Source: Bacillota bacterium
Lineage (GTDB): Bacteria; Bacillota; UBA994
Assembly (NCBI GenBank): GCA_009773495.1
Contig: WSXW01000003.1
Span: 70,551 to 134,550 of the forward strand
Length of the DNA stretch: 64,000 nt
Reading direction: 5' to 3'
Each line of letters opens with the position of its first letter. Position 1 is the stretch's first letter. Under the pieces are notes generated by a model. It worked only from the letters and a program-made list of their open reading frames with translations. It did not search any database and was not told where the DNA came from. The position numbers and the translations under genes were made by a program. Positions 9,223-19,064 of this stretch are shown here, piece by piece.

Positions 9223-10980
9223 CTACTGGCGCACGTCGATTTTTAGTTCGTTCAAGACCTTAGCTGGTACGGTGTTGGGTGCGACGGTCATGAGGTCCTG
9301 GGCGGAGGTGGTTTTGGGAAAGGCGATACAATCGCGGATGCTGTCTCGTCCGGCGAGGAGCATAACAAAACGATCTAGCCCGAGCGCGATGCCACCATGC
9401 GGTGGCGTGCCGTATTCGAAGGCGTCCAATAGGAAACCAAACTTCTCTTGCGATTCTTCCGGCGTAAGCCCCAGGCAATCAAACATGCGTTGCTGTAACT
9501 CCCGCTGGTGAATACGAATGCTGCCACCGCCTAGCTCTACACCGTTAAGTACTAAGTCGTAAGCCCTAGCTCTTACTTCACCTGGCGCAGAATCCATCTT
9601 AGCGAGGTCAGTGCCGAGGGGAGAAGTAAAGGGATGATGGCAGGCGACGTAGCGCGCCTCGTCTTCATCCCAATCAAGCAGCGGGAATTCAACGACCCAC
9701 AGGAACTTAAACTCTCCTTTGCGTCGAAGTCCTAGTTTATCTGCCAGATGTAGCCTCAGTGCACCTAGTGACTGCAAGGCTACTTTCGGTTTGTCGGCCA
9801 CAAATAATAGTAGGTCACCTGCTGTCGCAGATAGTGTACTTAGCAAGTTTGCAGTTATTTCTGGGGTGAGGAACTTAGCTATCGGAGAGCGTACACCAGC
9901 CTCTTCAACCACAATCCAGGCCAAACCCTTAGCGCCATATTTGGCGACAAATTGGCCAAGTTCGTCAATCTCTTTGCGGCTGTAGCCACCACACTTGGTA
10001 GCATTGATAGCGCGAACAGTGCCGGTCTTCGCCGCATCGGCAAAAACCTTTAACTCAGAGTTGGCAACAACTGAAGTCACGTCGACTATTTCCAAGCCAA
10101 AGCGGAGGTCTGGTTTATCTGAACCGTAGCGGTTTAGGGCCTCAGCATATGTCATGACGGGAAATTCAATTTCAGGGCGATCCATACCAAGAGAGTGAGC
10201 CATAACATGGCGTACCATGCCTTCGGTGAGCTGTTGAATATCGTGCTCATCTACAAATGACATCTCAATATCTATCTGTGTAAATTCCGGCTGACGGTCG
10301 GCTCGCAAGTCTTCGTCTCTAAAGCACCGCGCTAACTGAAAATACCGGTCGTACCCAGCTACCATCAGCAGTTGCTTGAACAGTTGAGGTGATTGTGGTA
10401 GGGCGTAAAACTGCCCTGGATTGACGCGGCTAGGAACAAGATAGTCCCGGGCGCCCTCTGGAGTGGAGCGGGTTAGCTGAGGGGTCTCAATCTCTAAGAA
10501 ATTCTTTGTATCTAAGTAGCCGCGTACCGCGGCAGAGACTTTATGACGCAAGATAAGGGCAGCTTGGAGCTCCGGGCGCCTTAAATCTAAGTAGCGATAC
10601 TTAAGCCGCAGGCCCTCATCCGCGGTAATATTCGGCTGTATATAGAACGGAGTAGTTTTCGCTGTGTTTAAAACGCTGAGTGACCGGGCATAGATTTCGA
10701 TCTCCCCGGTTTTCATGTTGCGGTTAAGGCCCTCAACAGGACGGGCTTGTACCGCACCGAAAACCTCAATTACGAACTCGCTACGCAAAGTCTCTGCCTG
10801 AGCAAAAATGGCCTCGTTGTCAGGAGAGAAAACTATCTGCACTACACCACTGATATCCCGTAGATCGACAAAAATTAGTCCCCCGAGGTCTCTGCGTTTG
10901 GCCACCCAGCCACACAACCTTACCTCCTTGCTTACTTGCTTAGCATCTAGTTCGCCGGCCATAAGACGAGTTATTTTCAT
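9223..10980 (-). CDS. aspS: aspartyl-tRNA synthetase
   Basis: Class-II synthetase motifs (FRDEDLRADRQPEFTQID, GGGSIRIHQ) and an anticodon-binding N-terminus. Start is taken at MKITRL. Confidence 0.9.
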   Translation of the reverse strand: MKITRLMAGELDAKQVSKEVRLCGWVAKRRDLGGLIFVDLRDISGVVQIVFSPDNEAIFAQAETLRSEFVIEVFGAVQARPVEGLNRNMKTGEIEIYARSLSVLNTAKTTPFYIQPNITADEGLRLKYRYLDLRRPELQAALILRHKVSAAVRGYLDTKNFLEIETPQLTRSTPEGARDYLVPSRVNPGQFYALPQSPQLFKQLLMVAGYDRYFQLARCFRDEDLRADRQPEFTQIDIEMSFVDEHDIQQLTEGMVRHVMAHSLGMDRPEIEFPVMTYAEALNRYGSDKPDLRFGLEIVDVTSVVANSELKVFADAAKTGTVRAINATKCGGYSRKEIDELGQFVAKYGAKGLAWIVVEEAGVRSPIAKFLTPEITANLLSTLSATAGDLLLFVADKPKVALQSLGALRLHLADKLGLRRKGEFKFLWVVEFPLLDWDEDEARYVACHHPFTSPLGTDLAKMDSAPGEVRARAYDLVLNGVELGGGSIRIHQRELQQRMFDCLGLTPEESQEKFGFLLDAFEYGTPPHGGIALGLDRFVMLLAGRDSIRDCIAFPKTTSAQDLMTVAPNTVPAKVLNELKIDVRQ

Positions 10981-12155
10981 ACTTGACCCCTCCACTTTTC
11001 TAGCAGTGTGCGTTTATCTTCCATGCTTTTATCCAACCGATTCAGGTACATTTTAAGCTCTTTGGGGTTGAGGTGCCGTTTCCACTCAGCGTCTTTTAGG
11101 GGGAAAATACTAGTGGCACCCGCTCCAACACCAACAATTGCCTGTGTTTCGCCAATGAACAATATGTTGTAGAGGCACTCCTTGCCAGGATGAGACCAGC
11201 CCATATTCTCTAAGCCAGCTAAGATGCCGCGCTGCCTATAGAGATAGTAGGGTCGCATACCATGAGCTAGAAGTGTCTCTCTGCAGTTGTGGCTGGCCCG
11301 CTCCGCTTCCTCTGGTTGCATAGGTATCCAGTCCTCACCCTCCGTAAAGCGTGAAGTTCGCTTGGGAGAAAACATATGCGCAGTTACACTTGATGGTCCA
11401 AGGGCTAGTACCTCTGCTAAGCTTTGGCGCACACCTGCTGCCCCTTCTTCGGGAAGACCAATAATCAGGTCAGCATTGATATTACTAAGCCCCATCTCTT
11501 GAGCCAAGGCAAAGCTCTCGCGCACTTCACTAACGGTATGTAGGCGCCCTATGCGCTGCAGAGTAGCGTCGTTCATGGTCTGCGGGTTTATTGAGATGCG
11601 TGTAAGGGACGGCAACTCGGCTAGTTTTTCACGAGTGATTGTATCGGGTCGCCCAGCCTCAACTGTAATCTCAATCGTATCCTGCCACCGAGGCAGAGAA
11701 TTAATAGTGTTGAGGAGCTCTCTAAGCTGCAAGGGGCTCAGGGTAGTGGGAGTGCCACCCCCTACATAGACTGTGCACAGTTTGAGATCTAGGCTTCTCA
11801 TTGTGTCTGAAAGATTCTCAATTTCGCGCAGTAGCCCTGTCATATGCCTCCCCCGTTCTGCCTCGTTGTATTGCGCAGAGGTGCGCGTGGTAAAAGAGCA
11901 ATAGGCGCAACGCGAGGGGCAAAAGGGAATGTTGACGTACAGCGAGATGAGGTCCGGCCTGTTAAGGACTGGAGCCAGCATTTCACGTTGTAAAAGCGAT
12001 ACTTGTACTAGGAGTTCCGCCTTGGAGCGCTCCACATCACGCTCTAGCTGTAGTCGATGTACTATTTCTTTAGGGCCAAAACCGAAGCCGAGCATTTGGT
12101 CCACCAGCTTACCAGGCCTTACTCCTACCAAAATTCCGTAGGGCTTCTTTACCAA
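10977..12155 (-). CDS. radical SAM protein of the HemN/HemW/HemZ (oxygen-independent coproporphyrinogen oxidase-like) family
   Basis: CPSRCAYCSF (CxxxCxxC) motif and the HemN C-terminal domain. It overlaps the aspS start. Confidence 0.7.
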   Translation of the reverse strand: MVKKPYGILVGVRPGKLVDQMLGFGFGPKEIVHRLQLERDVERSKAELLVQVSLLQREMLAPVLNRPDLISLYVNIPFCPSRCAYCSFTTRTSAQYNEAERGRHMTGLLREIENLSDTMRSLDLKLCTVYVGGGTPTTLSPLQLRELLNTINSLPRWQDTIEITVEAGRPDTITREKLAELPSLTRISINPQTMNDATLQRIGRLHTVSEVRESFALAQEMGLSNINADLIIGLPEEGAAGVRQSLAEVLALGPSSVTAHMFSPKRTSRFTEGEDWIPMQPEEAERASHNCRETLLAHGMRPYYLYRQRGILAGLENMGWSHPGKECLYNILFIGETQAIVGVGAGATSIFPLKDAEWKRHLNPKELKMYLNRLDKSMEDKRTLLEKWRGQV

Positions 12156-12760
12156 TATCGATTGCGCACCCTTTCCCTCCCGATTGTCGTCGAGGGCCCG
12201 TGCCCTGGGTAGACTTTAGTCTCGTCAGGAAGCTGCTTGAGGCGATTCAACGACGCGGCAAGTTCAGCGGGGTCTCCCCCCTCCAAATCTGAACGGCCAA
12301 TGGATGAGGCGAATAATGTATCCCCAGCGAAGAGAACTCCTTCTGACTCATTATACAAACAACAAGAGCCCGGAGTATGACCAGGGGTGGATAGCACTAC
12401 AAAGGATAGGCCTGCCAATTCTATTTCATTAGCGCCTTGCAGGAAGCTTTGCGGCTCAATGGGCTCATTAAGGCCGAGGTAAGCCGCCATTTGGTCGTCG
12501 ACTGCGCCGAGGTACGGCAAGTCTGCTCTGTGTATGATTATTTCTGCTAGGGTGTTGCGTCGTACAACCATCGCGTCTGCTGTATGGTCGGCGTGCCCAT
12601 GGGTTAGGACAATTTGCTTGAGCTTAAGCTCACGATTTGTGAGTGTAGTTAGTATATCCTCGGCATCCCCACCGGGGTCGATCACGCTAGCCTGATCTCC
12701 GTTTATAACGAGATAACAGTTAGTCTGAAGTTTGCCTACGCGTATAGTTACGACTTCCAT
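12149..12760 (-). CDS. MBL-fold metallo-hydrolase (glyoxalase II-like)
   Basis: THGHADH metal-binding motif, 203 aa. Confidence 0.75.
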   Translation of the reverse strand: MEVVTIRVGKLQTNCYLVINGDQASVIDPGGDAEDILTTLTNRELKLKQIVLTHGHADHTADAMVVRRNTLAEIIIHRADLPYLGAVDDQMAAYLGLNEPIEPQSFLQGANEIELAGLSFVVLSTPGHTPGSCCLYNESEGVLFAGDTLFASSIGRSDLEGGDPAELAASLNRLKQLPDETKVYPGHGPSTTIGRERVRNRYW

Positions 12761-12771
12761 TGCCGTTCCTC

Positions 12772-13221
12772 CTAAAAAAGCTTATTGCTGTCCAGCAAGA
12801 GTGTTACCGGTCCGTCATTGACAAGCTCAACCTGCATCATGGCTCCAAATATACCTGTTTCGACGGTGTGCCCTCTATCTCGAAGCTCACTCACAAATTT
12901 ATCGTATAAGGGAATGGCTAGCTCAGGGCGAGCGGCATCAGAATAACTCGGACGTCTCCCGCGCCTACAGTCTCCATGTAGCGTAAACTGGGAAACAACA
13001 AGAACAGAACCCGCCACATCTGCTAGGCTGAGATTCATTTTATCCTCGACGTCTGCAAAAACGCGAAGGCCCGAAATTTTCTCAGCTATATATTCGGCGT
13101 CATGCTCAGTATCGTGGACATCAACGCCTAATAGCACTAAAAAACCATGAGAAATTTTACCTACGACTTGGTCTTCTACGGTAACTTGCGCCCTACTTAC
13201 CCTCTGTACCACTGCCCGCAT
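12772..13221 (-). CDS. dtd: D-aminoacyl-tRNA deacylase
   Basis: MRAVVQRV...SQFTL...GPVT signature, 149 aa. Confidence 0.9.
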   Translation of the reverse strand: MRAVVQRVSRAQVTVEDQVVGKISHGFLVLLGVDVHDTEHDAEYIAEKISGLRVFADVEDKMNLSLADVAGSVLVVSQFTLHGDCRRGRRPSYSDAARPELAIPLYDKFVSELRDRGHTVETGIFGAMMQVELVNDGPVTLLLDSNKLF

Positions 13222-15412
13222 TGCCGTCGTCTCCTTTGCCGCCGCTTGCGCTGAGTACTCGTTTTACAGTAAACACATCTCGTAGTTTGCGTAAGCGTGT
13301 CAATACTCGATCGAGATGAATAAGGTCCTTTACAATGATAGTGAAGCTCACATAAGCTTCCTGTTCTTTAGTAGTTCGCGCCTGCATGGACGTAATATTG
13401 GTCTTAGACTCTGTTAAGTACTGCAACACATCCTGCAGTAGTCCAGGCCTGTCCATTCCCACTACTTCAATGCGCACCGGGTAATCTGCCGCAGTCTTAC
13501 TACCCCAAGTCACTGCTATAAGACGTTCGCGCTGTTGCATGAGCGAGGGCAAGTTGGGGCAGTTGGCCGTGTGCACCGAAACACCACGGCCCCTGGTGAC
13601 GAAACCAATTATTTCGTCACCAGGCAATGGATTGCAGCAACGAGAAAACTTCACCAGCGCATTGTCTAGCCCGATTACTTGCACCTCTTCAGCTGAAGTT
13701 GGATGCGCGGATTGAGTGGGTATAGCGATGGGCTCTGCGTCGTTAATACCCTTGATCTTTTGATACAATGCCACGAGGCGATTAACAATATGGATCACGC
13801 TAGCTCCACCGTGGCCTATTGCGGCCAGCATATCTTCATCGGAAAGGTAAGTTAGCTGCTCAGCTACCTCTGTTAAAAACGCTTCATCCATGATGTCGTC
13901 TGCCAGGTGACCTAAACGCTTTAGCTCTCGCTCCAGCAGGTCGCGTCCTTTGTCAATATTCTCGCTCTTTTGTTCCTTCTTAAACCACTGCTTAATTTTG
14001 CTGCGCGCTTGGGGAGTGCGAACCATTTTAATCCAGTCGCGACTAGGTCCCCCCATCTGCTTGGTGGTGACAACCTCTACGATATCGCCTGTCTTTAGCT
14101 CATGGGTTAAGGGTACCATACGACCGTTGACCTTAGCTCCCACGCATCGGTGGCCTATGTCTGTGTGAACGCGGTAAGCAAAATCTAACGGAATGGACCC
14201 TACAGGTAAGTCTATGACATCACCCTTAGGTGTAAATACAAACACTTCGTCAGCAAAGAGATCTATTCTAAGACCGTCGACAAACTCTTCGGCCCCACGC
14301 AGTTCTTGCTGCCACTCGAGAATAGAGCGCAACCAAGTTAGTTTGCTCACAAACGCTTTGTCTGGCCTTGCGCCTTCTTTGTAGCCCCAGTGTGCAGCAA
14401 TACCGTTTTCTGCTATGCGGTGCATCTCAAGGGTACGAATTTGGATCTCTAAAGGTTCGCCACGTTCACCTACTACGGTTGTGTGTAAGCTCTGATAGAG
14501 GTTGGGTTTAGGCATGGCGATATAATCTTTAAACCTGCCCGGAATGGGCCTCCACACGTTGTGTACTAAACCTAATACGCCATAGCAGTCCTTTACTGAA
14601 TCGACAATAAGGCGAATGGCGGTAAGGTCGAAAATTTCATCAAAGCCTCTGCCGGCCATCATCTTGCGGTAGATACTATAAAAGTGTTTGGGGCGGCCCT
14701 GTATATCTGCCTTTATTCCCACTTCGTCTAGTTGATTTCGTAGCGTTCCTAACGCGTGAGCAATAATAGCCTCCCGGTCGATACGCTTGGCAGCAACTTT
14801 AGTAGCGATGTCTTTGTAGGCTTCGGGTTCTAGGTAGCGGAAGGCTAAATCTTCGAGCTCCCACTGGATACGGCTGATACCTAGGCGATGGGCAAGAGGT
14901 GCATAGATATCTAAAGTCTCTTTGGCAGTGACCTTTTGTTTGACTTGAGGTCGAAACTTTAGTGTGCGCATATTATGGAGCCTGTCTGCCAGCTTGATTA
15001 AGATAACCCTTAAGTCCTCGGCCATAGCCAAGAACATCTTGCGCAAAGACTCTGCCTGTTGTTCCTGCTTGTTCTTAAAGTCGAGGCGGGAGAGTTTAGT
15101 AACACCGTCCACTAGGTGGGCTACCAACGGGCCAAAATTCTGAGCTATTTCTTCGATGGATATGCCTGTATCCTCGACTACATCGTGCAGCAAGGTTGCG
15201 GTCAAAGTCTCAATATCCATCTGAATGTCGGTGAGAATTAAAGCTACTTCAATGGGGTGAGAAATATAATCCTCGCCCGATTCTCGTAACTGCCCGCTGT
15301 GTGCATCGTAGGCAAACTTAAAAGCCCGCTCCAGGACGCTTAAATCTGCCTGCGGACTATAAGATTTTACTTTGGCAACTAACGTTTGAAAGCCTGCCCT
15401 TTCTTTATGCAC
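13193..15412 (-). CDS. relA: bifunctional (p)ppGpp synthetase/hydrolase Rel/SpoT
   Basis: HD hydrolase, RelA/SpoT synthetase, TGS and ACT domains in order. Length is 739 aa. Confidence 0.9.
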   Translation of the reverse strand: MHKERAGFQTLVAKVKSYSPQADLSVLERAFKFAYDAHSGQLRESGEDYISHPIEVALILTDIQMDIETLTATLLHDVVEDTGISIEEIAQNFGPLVAHLVDGVTKLSRLDFKNKQEQQAESLRKMFLAMAEDLRVILIKLADRLHNMRTLKFRPQVKQKVTAKETLDIYAPLAHRLGISRIQWELEDLAFRYLEPEAYKDIATKVAAKRIDREAIIAHALGTLRNQLDEVGIKADIQGRPKHFYSIYRKMMAGRGFDEIFDLTAIRLIVDSVKDCYGVLGLVHNVWRPIPGRFKDYIAMPKPNLYQSLHTTVVGERGEPLEIQIRTLEMHRIAENGIAAHWGYKEGARPDKAFVSKLTWLRSILEWQQELRGAEEFVDGLRIDLFADEVFVFTPKGDVIDLPVGSIPLDFAYRVHTDIGHRCVGAKVNGRMVPLTHELKTGDIVEVVTTKQMGGPSRDWIKMVRTPQARSKIKQWFKKEQKSENIDKGRDLLERELKRLGHLADDIMDEAFLTEVAEQLTYLSDEDMLAAIGHGGASVIHIVNRLVALYQKIKGINDAEPIAIPTQSAHPTSAEEVQVIGLDNALVKFSRCCNPLPGDEIIGFVTRGRGVSVHTANCPNLPSLMQQRERLIAVTWGSKTAADYPVRIEVVGMDRPGLLQDVLQYLTESKTNITSMQARTTKEQEAYVSFTIIVKDLIHLDRVLTRLRKLRDVFTVKRVLSASGGKGDDGNAGSGTEGK

Positions 15413-15495
15413 AATTTCCCCCCCAAGTTACATCCATTGCCTCAATAATAAGGTGACTTGTATTACACCCAGGCAGTTGCCTGCCTGGGTGTTGT

Positions 15496-16008
15496 CTAGT
15501 ATTTTATCAGCGAATGAACCGGATATCCGTTAAGGACATCGCGACCATGTAGCTCTAATAACTCAATCAGGAAGAGCACCCCGACTACTTGGCCCCCTAA
15601 CCCTTCGACGAGGTCGACGGCTGAGCGGATAGTGCCACCGGTGGCCAGCAAATCATCCACTACGAGTACACGACTGCCAGGCTCGATCGCATCCTCATGA
15701 ATCTCTAAGTGATCCTCGCCGTATTCAAGTGAGTAAGAGGCTCGCCGGGTCGGACCTGGCAACTTGCCAGATTTACGCACCGGGACAAAACCTTTGCCTA
15801 AAGAGTACGCCAGAGGTGTACCAATAATAAAGCCCCGGGCTTCGGGCGCCACAATGAGATCAAACTCTAAATCTGCACACATTAGTGCCAGGTCATCGAT
15901 GGATTGCTTAAACGCAGGGCCATCTTTAAGTAAAGTCGTGATGTCACGAAACAAAATTCCCGGTTTAGGGAAATCAGGTAACGCACGGATTTTGTCAGCT
16001 AGGCTCAT
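15496..16008 (-). CDS. apt: adenine phosphoribosyltransferase
   Basis: PRTase motif VLVVDDLLATGGT. Start is taken at MSLADKIR, with AAGGAGG 10 nt upstream. Confidence 0.9.
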   Translation of the reverse strand: MSLADKIRALPDFPKPGILFRDITTLLKDGPAFKQSIDDLALMCADLEFDLIVAPEARGFIIGTPLAYSLGKGFVPVRKSGKLPGPTRRASYSLEYGEDHLEIHEDAIEPGSRVLVVDDLLATGGTIRSAVDLVEGLGGQVVGVLFLIELLELHGRDVLNGYPVHSLIKY

Positions 16009-18221
16009 CACGATACATCCTCCTTGTTCCATGTCTGTAAAGCCATATAGTTTTGAGATCGACTAAGCTCTTGTTTTTGTGCTGTGGGCAGTGGTTTAAT
16101 GGTGAGCACTCCGGCATCATAGCGAAACTCCACCAGCCCTAGCTCCTTAAAAATATGTGCGGAACTTGCGGCCACGCTATAGGCTACGGAAAAATACAAG
16201 CTAAAGTCTTTGGCAAACTGCGCTAAATTAATAGCTTCTTTACTGATAAAGTACCTATAGTACGCAGCAAGCGCGCCTCGGTCTGGAGCCAATAGGCTCT
16301 TTTGCCCTTTACCATTATACACTAAAACCGTATCAACAGAATAGTTGAACGAAGCTTGCAATCTGCTCTCCTCCTGGCTCAAGGCAGTCGTCAGTAGTAT
16401 TAGGCTAGAGCCACTTTCTTGCTCTGTAAGGTTCATGCACACCTTGTCGCCAGCCCTGATAAAAAATGGCGTGAAGTTATGTGCCGGTGCGAAGAAATAA
16501 TTCTTTGCTTCTTGGGGCAGGGGCGAAAATACCCTGTCGGATACACAAGGATTAGTAACAAGCCATAGTTCTTTGACTTGTACAAAGTCCTGTAAACGCA
16601 GCGAGATTGAACGACGCCCCCGGTATTCATCGAGAGTAGGGCGGAAGGCGATATTGAGCTTTTCACCGAGGTCTACGTCGGTAAAGCGGTTAGCTTGGTT
16701 AAACATAATAGCTGAAGCTACCTGCCCACCCTCTCCTACTAAACCTAGCCTCAGGTGTTCGCTCTGCTTACCCACTAGGCGTTTCTCAACCAACTTGATG
16801 CTCTTGGCCGCAAAGTTAGGCTGCGGATTCCCCATGCCAAAGGGAGCTAATAGCTCTAGGTCAGTGAGCATTGATTCGGTGATGTCTGCCAGAGTAACTT
16901 CAGCATCAATGCGTAGTTTGGGCACTAGTAATTCGTCGTCGATCTCAGCTGCAACCTCAGCAAAAGCCGCAATAAAGGCTGGCAAGGCCTCTTCTTGCAA
17001 GCTGAGGCCAGCCGCCATGGCGTGGCCGCCGCAACGTTCTAGGTGAGCTTCGCACCTACGCAATGCGCCCACCAAATCAAAACCACTAACACTGCGGCCA
17101 GAACCCCGCAGCTTGCCGTCCTCGTCACGGCACAAAAGAATCGTGGGGCGGTAGAAGCGCTCCACAAGGCGCGAAGCTACTATGCCGACTACACCATGCG
17201 ACCAATGATGTGCGTAGAGAATTAACGCGCGAGCGGATGGTTCTACCATACCCATAGCTTCTTCTGTAATGCTACTCTCAATTTGCTGGCGTTCGCGATT
17301 AAGGGCGTCTAGCTTGCCTGCGATTTCATTGGCTCGGTCATAGCTGCTGGTTTGCAAAAGTTCTATTGGTAAACTTGCGTCTTGGAGGCGACCAGCAGCG
17401 TTTAACCGCGGTGCAATGGTGTAGCCAATATTACCTGCAGTCACACACTCTGGGTCTATCCCTGCCATCTGCATCAGCGCACCTAGACCTACTCGCGGTG
17501 TACCAAGCTCTAGCAAGCCCTGCTTTACATACAGCCTGTTTTCTCCTTTGAGCGGAACTAAGTCTGCCACCGTACCCACAGCCACTAAGTCGAGCAACTC
17601 GTGGGCAGCGTCCTCTAGCAGTGCAGCGGCCAGCTTGTAGGCTACCCCCACACCGGCTAGATCCTTAAAGGGGTACAGACAATGCTTGAGTCTAGGGTTA
17701 ATGACCGCTACAGCCGCGGGGATAATCTCAGACGGAGTATGATGATCCGTAATAATCAGGTCAATGCCCTGTTCACGAGCAAACTCTGCTTCGTCACAGG
17801 CGGTTATACCGCAGTCTACAGTAACGATCAGGCTAAAGCCTCGGGCCTGTGCCATCAGGATAGCTTCACGCTGTAACCCATAACCATCCTCACGGGTGGG
17901 CACAAAGATATCAGTATCTATACCGTAGACCGAAAAGGCTTCGGATAACAAAACAGACGCTGTTATACCATCAGCGTCGTAGTCGCCATGAATTAAGACC
18001 CGTTCTCCCCTCTCTAATGCCTGATTAAGCCGAATTACTGCTTCAGTCATACCAGCTAAGAGGAACGGATTGTGCTCCTGCGAAAAATCCGGGTCGATAA
18101 AGGCTTGTAACTCTTCATGGGTATTAATGCCACGCGAGGCGAGAATTCTTTCGATAATCGGGTTGAGTTCCGTGTTATATAATTTAACTCCATCTTGTGG
18201 TATTACTTCCCACTTATACAT
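16008..18221 (-). CDS. recJ: single-stranded-DNA-specific exonuclease RecJ
   Basis: DHH and DHHA1 motifs (HGDYDADGITA, DHH). Start is at MYKWEV, with GGAGG 6 nt upstream. Confidence 0.85.
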   Translation of the reverse strand: MYKWEVIPQDGVKLYNTELNPIIERILASRGINTHEELQAFIDPDFSQEHNPFLLAGMTEAVIRLNQALERGERVLIHGDYDADGITASVLLSEAFSVYGIDTDIFVPTREDGYGLQREAILMAQARGFSLIVTVDCGITACDEAEFAREQGIDLIITDHHTPSEIIPAAVAVINPRLKHCLYPFKDLAGVGVAYKLAAALLEDAAHELLDLVAVGTVADLVPLKGENRLYVKQGLLELGTPRVGLGALMQMAGIDPECVTAGNIGYTIAPRLNAAGRLQDASLPIELLQTSSYDRANEIAGKLDALNRERQQIESSITEEAMGMVEPSARALILYAHHWSHGVVGIVASRLVERFYRPTILLCRDEDGKLRGSGRSVSGFDLVGALRRCEAHLERCGGHAMAAGLSLQEEALPAFIAAFAEVAAEIDDELLVPKLRIDAEVTLADITESMLTDLELLAPFGMGNPQPNFAAKSIKLVEKRLVGKQSEHLRLGLVGEGGQVASAIMFNQANRFTDVDLGEKLNIAFRPTLDEYRGRRSISLRLQDFVQVKELWLVTNPCVSDRVFSPLPQEAKNYFFAPAHNFTPFFIRAGDKVCMNLTEQESGSSLILLTTALSQEESRLQASFNYSVDTVLVYNGKGQKSLLAPDRGALAAYYRYFISKEAINLAQFAKDFSLYFSVAYSVAASSAHIFKELGLVEFRYDAGVLTIKPLPTAQKQELSRSQNYMALQTWNKEDVS

Positions 18222-18334
18222 GTCGTGCCTCCTAATAAATATGTTGGAGATTCCACTGCCTACCCCAGTTACATCCCCTGAAAAAAGAGTTGTGTCCCCC
18301 ACCTTAAAAAGAATCAGCGCCGATGGCACTGATT

Positions 18335-18670
18335 CTAGACGGCTTCTGTGCTCTCCAGTTTTGTTTCCGGTTTATTCTCTAAGCTTTTTATTTGTTGATC
18401 TTTCTTCGTGAGCTCTTCGCCCCGTTTCTTAATCTCGGCTTCGAGTTCGCGTACCCTCTTCGACTTACCGAGGATACTGGGGGCGGAGAACACTACGCCG
18501 AGCAGCACGCCTATGGCCAACATACCGATGATCACGGCTGATAACGGTACAGCCACCAAGCCGAACCCTAAGAAGGTGATGTCAACTAGTAAAGCATTTT
18601 GTACTGCGAACAGGGCAACTATCAGGGCAAAAGCTAATACTAGGATAAGCTTAACTGGCATCTTACTCAC
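18335..18670 (-). CDS. LapA/DUF1049-like membrane protein with a coiled-coil tail
   Basis: Two TM helices, then ELEAEIKKRGEELTKKDQQIKSLE. Confidence 0.5.
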   Translation of the reverse strand: MSKMPVKLILVLAFALIVALFAVQNALLVDITFLGFGLVAVPLSAVIIGMLAIGVLLGVVFSAPSILGKSKRVRELEAEIKKRGEELTKKDQQIKSLENKPETKLESTEAV

Positions 18671-18887
18671 TCCATATCACGGGATATAGCATATAATTCG
18701 TAATTTAAAACGCAAACTCCTGCAGGAGATGGAAAAAAGGCGACAGGAGAGGAAGTGTAGCATAGTAAGCAGAGTCGTTCCTTGTAGAGAGCGTTTCTAG
18801 TTCCTCGCAACGAAGATCAAGGAACGCCACATCGCCTTCCGGCAACCGCTTTAGTGCTGTAGGCACGACTGAGGAAGTATTATCTCT

Positions 18888-18929
18888 GCACGACCACGTT
18901 AAAAGGGGCTGCTACTGCAACAACCCCTT
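18888..18929. repeat. conserved hairpin-terminator element, copy 1 (see 50509..50552)
   Basis: GCACGACCACGTTAAAAGGGGCTGCTACTGCAACAACCCCTT. It is about 41/44 identical to copy 2, including the non-hairpin flank. It acts as the terminator of the vWA operon on the minus strand. Confidence 0.6.
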
Positions 18930-19064
18930 CGTTATGTAGCACCAGCATAAGGTTCGGTAACACTGACCGAGAACTGAAAAACATGAACCCCCTGAAGGAG
19001 ACTATCGGGACAGGAAAGATTACTGTAACACGGAAGGCTTAGAAGGAGACGGGAAGAGTTGAAG

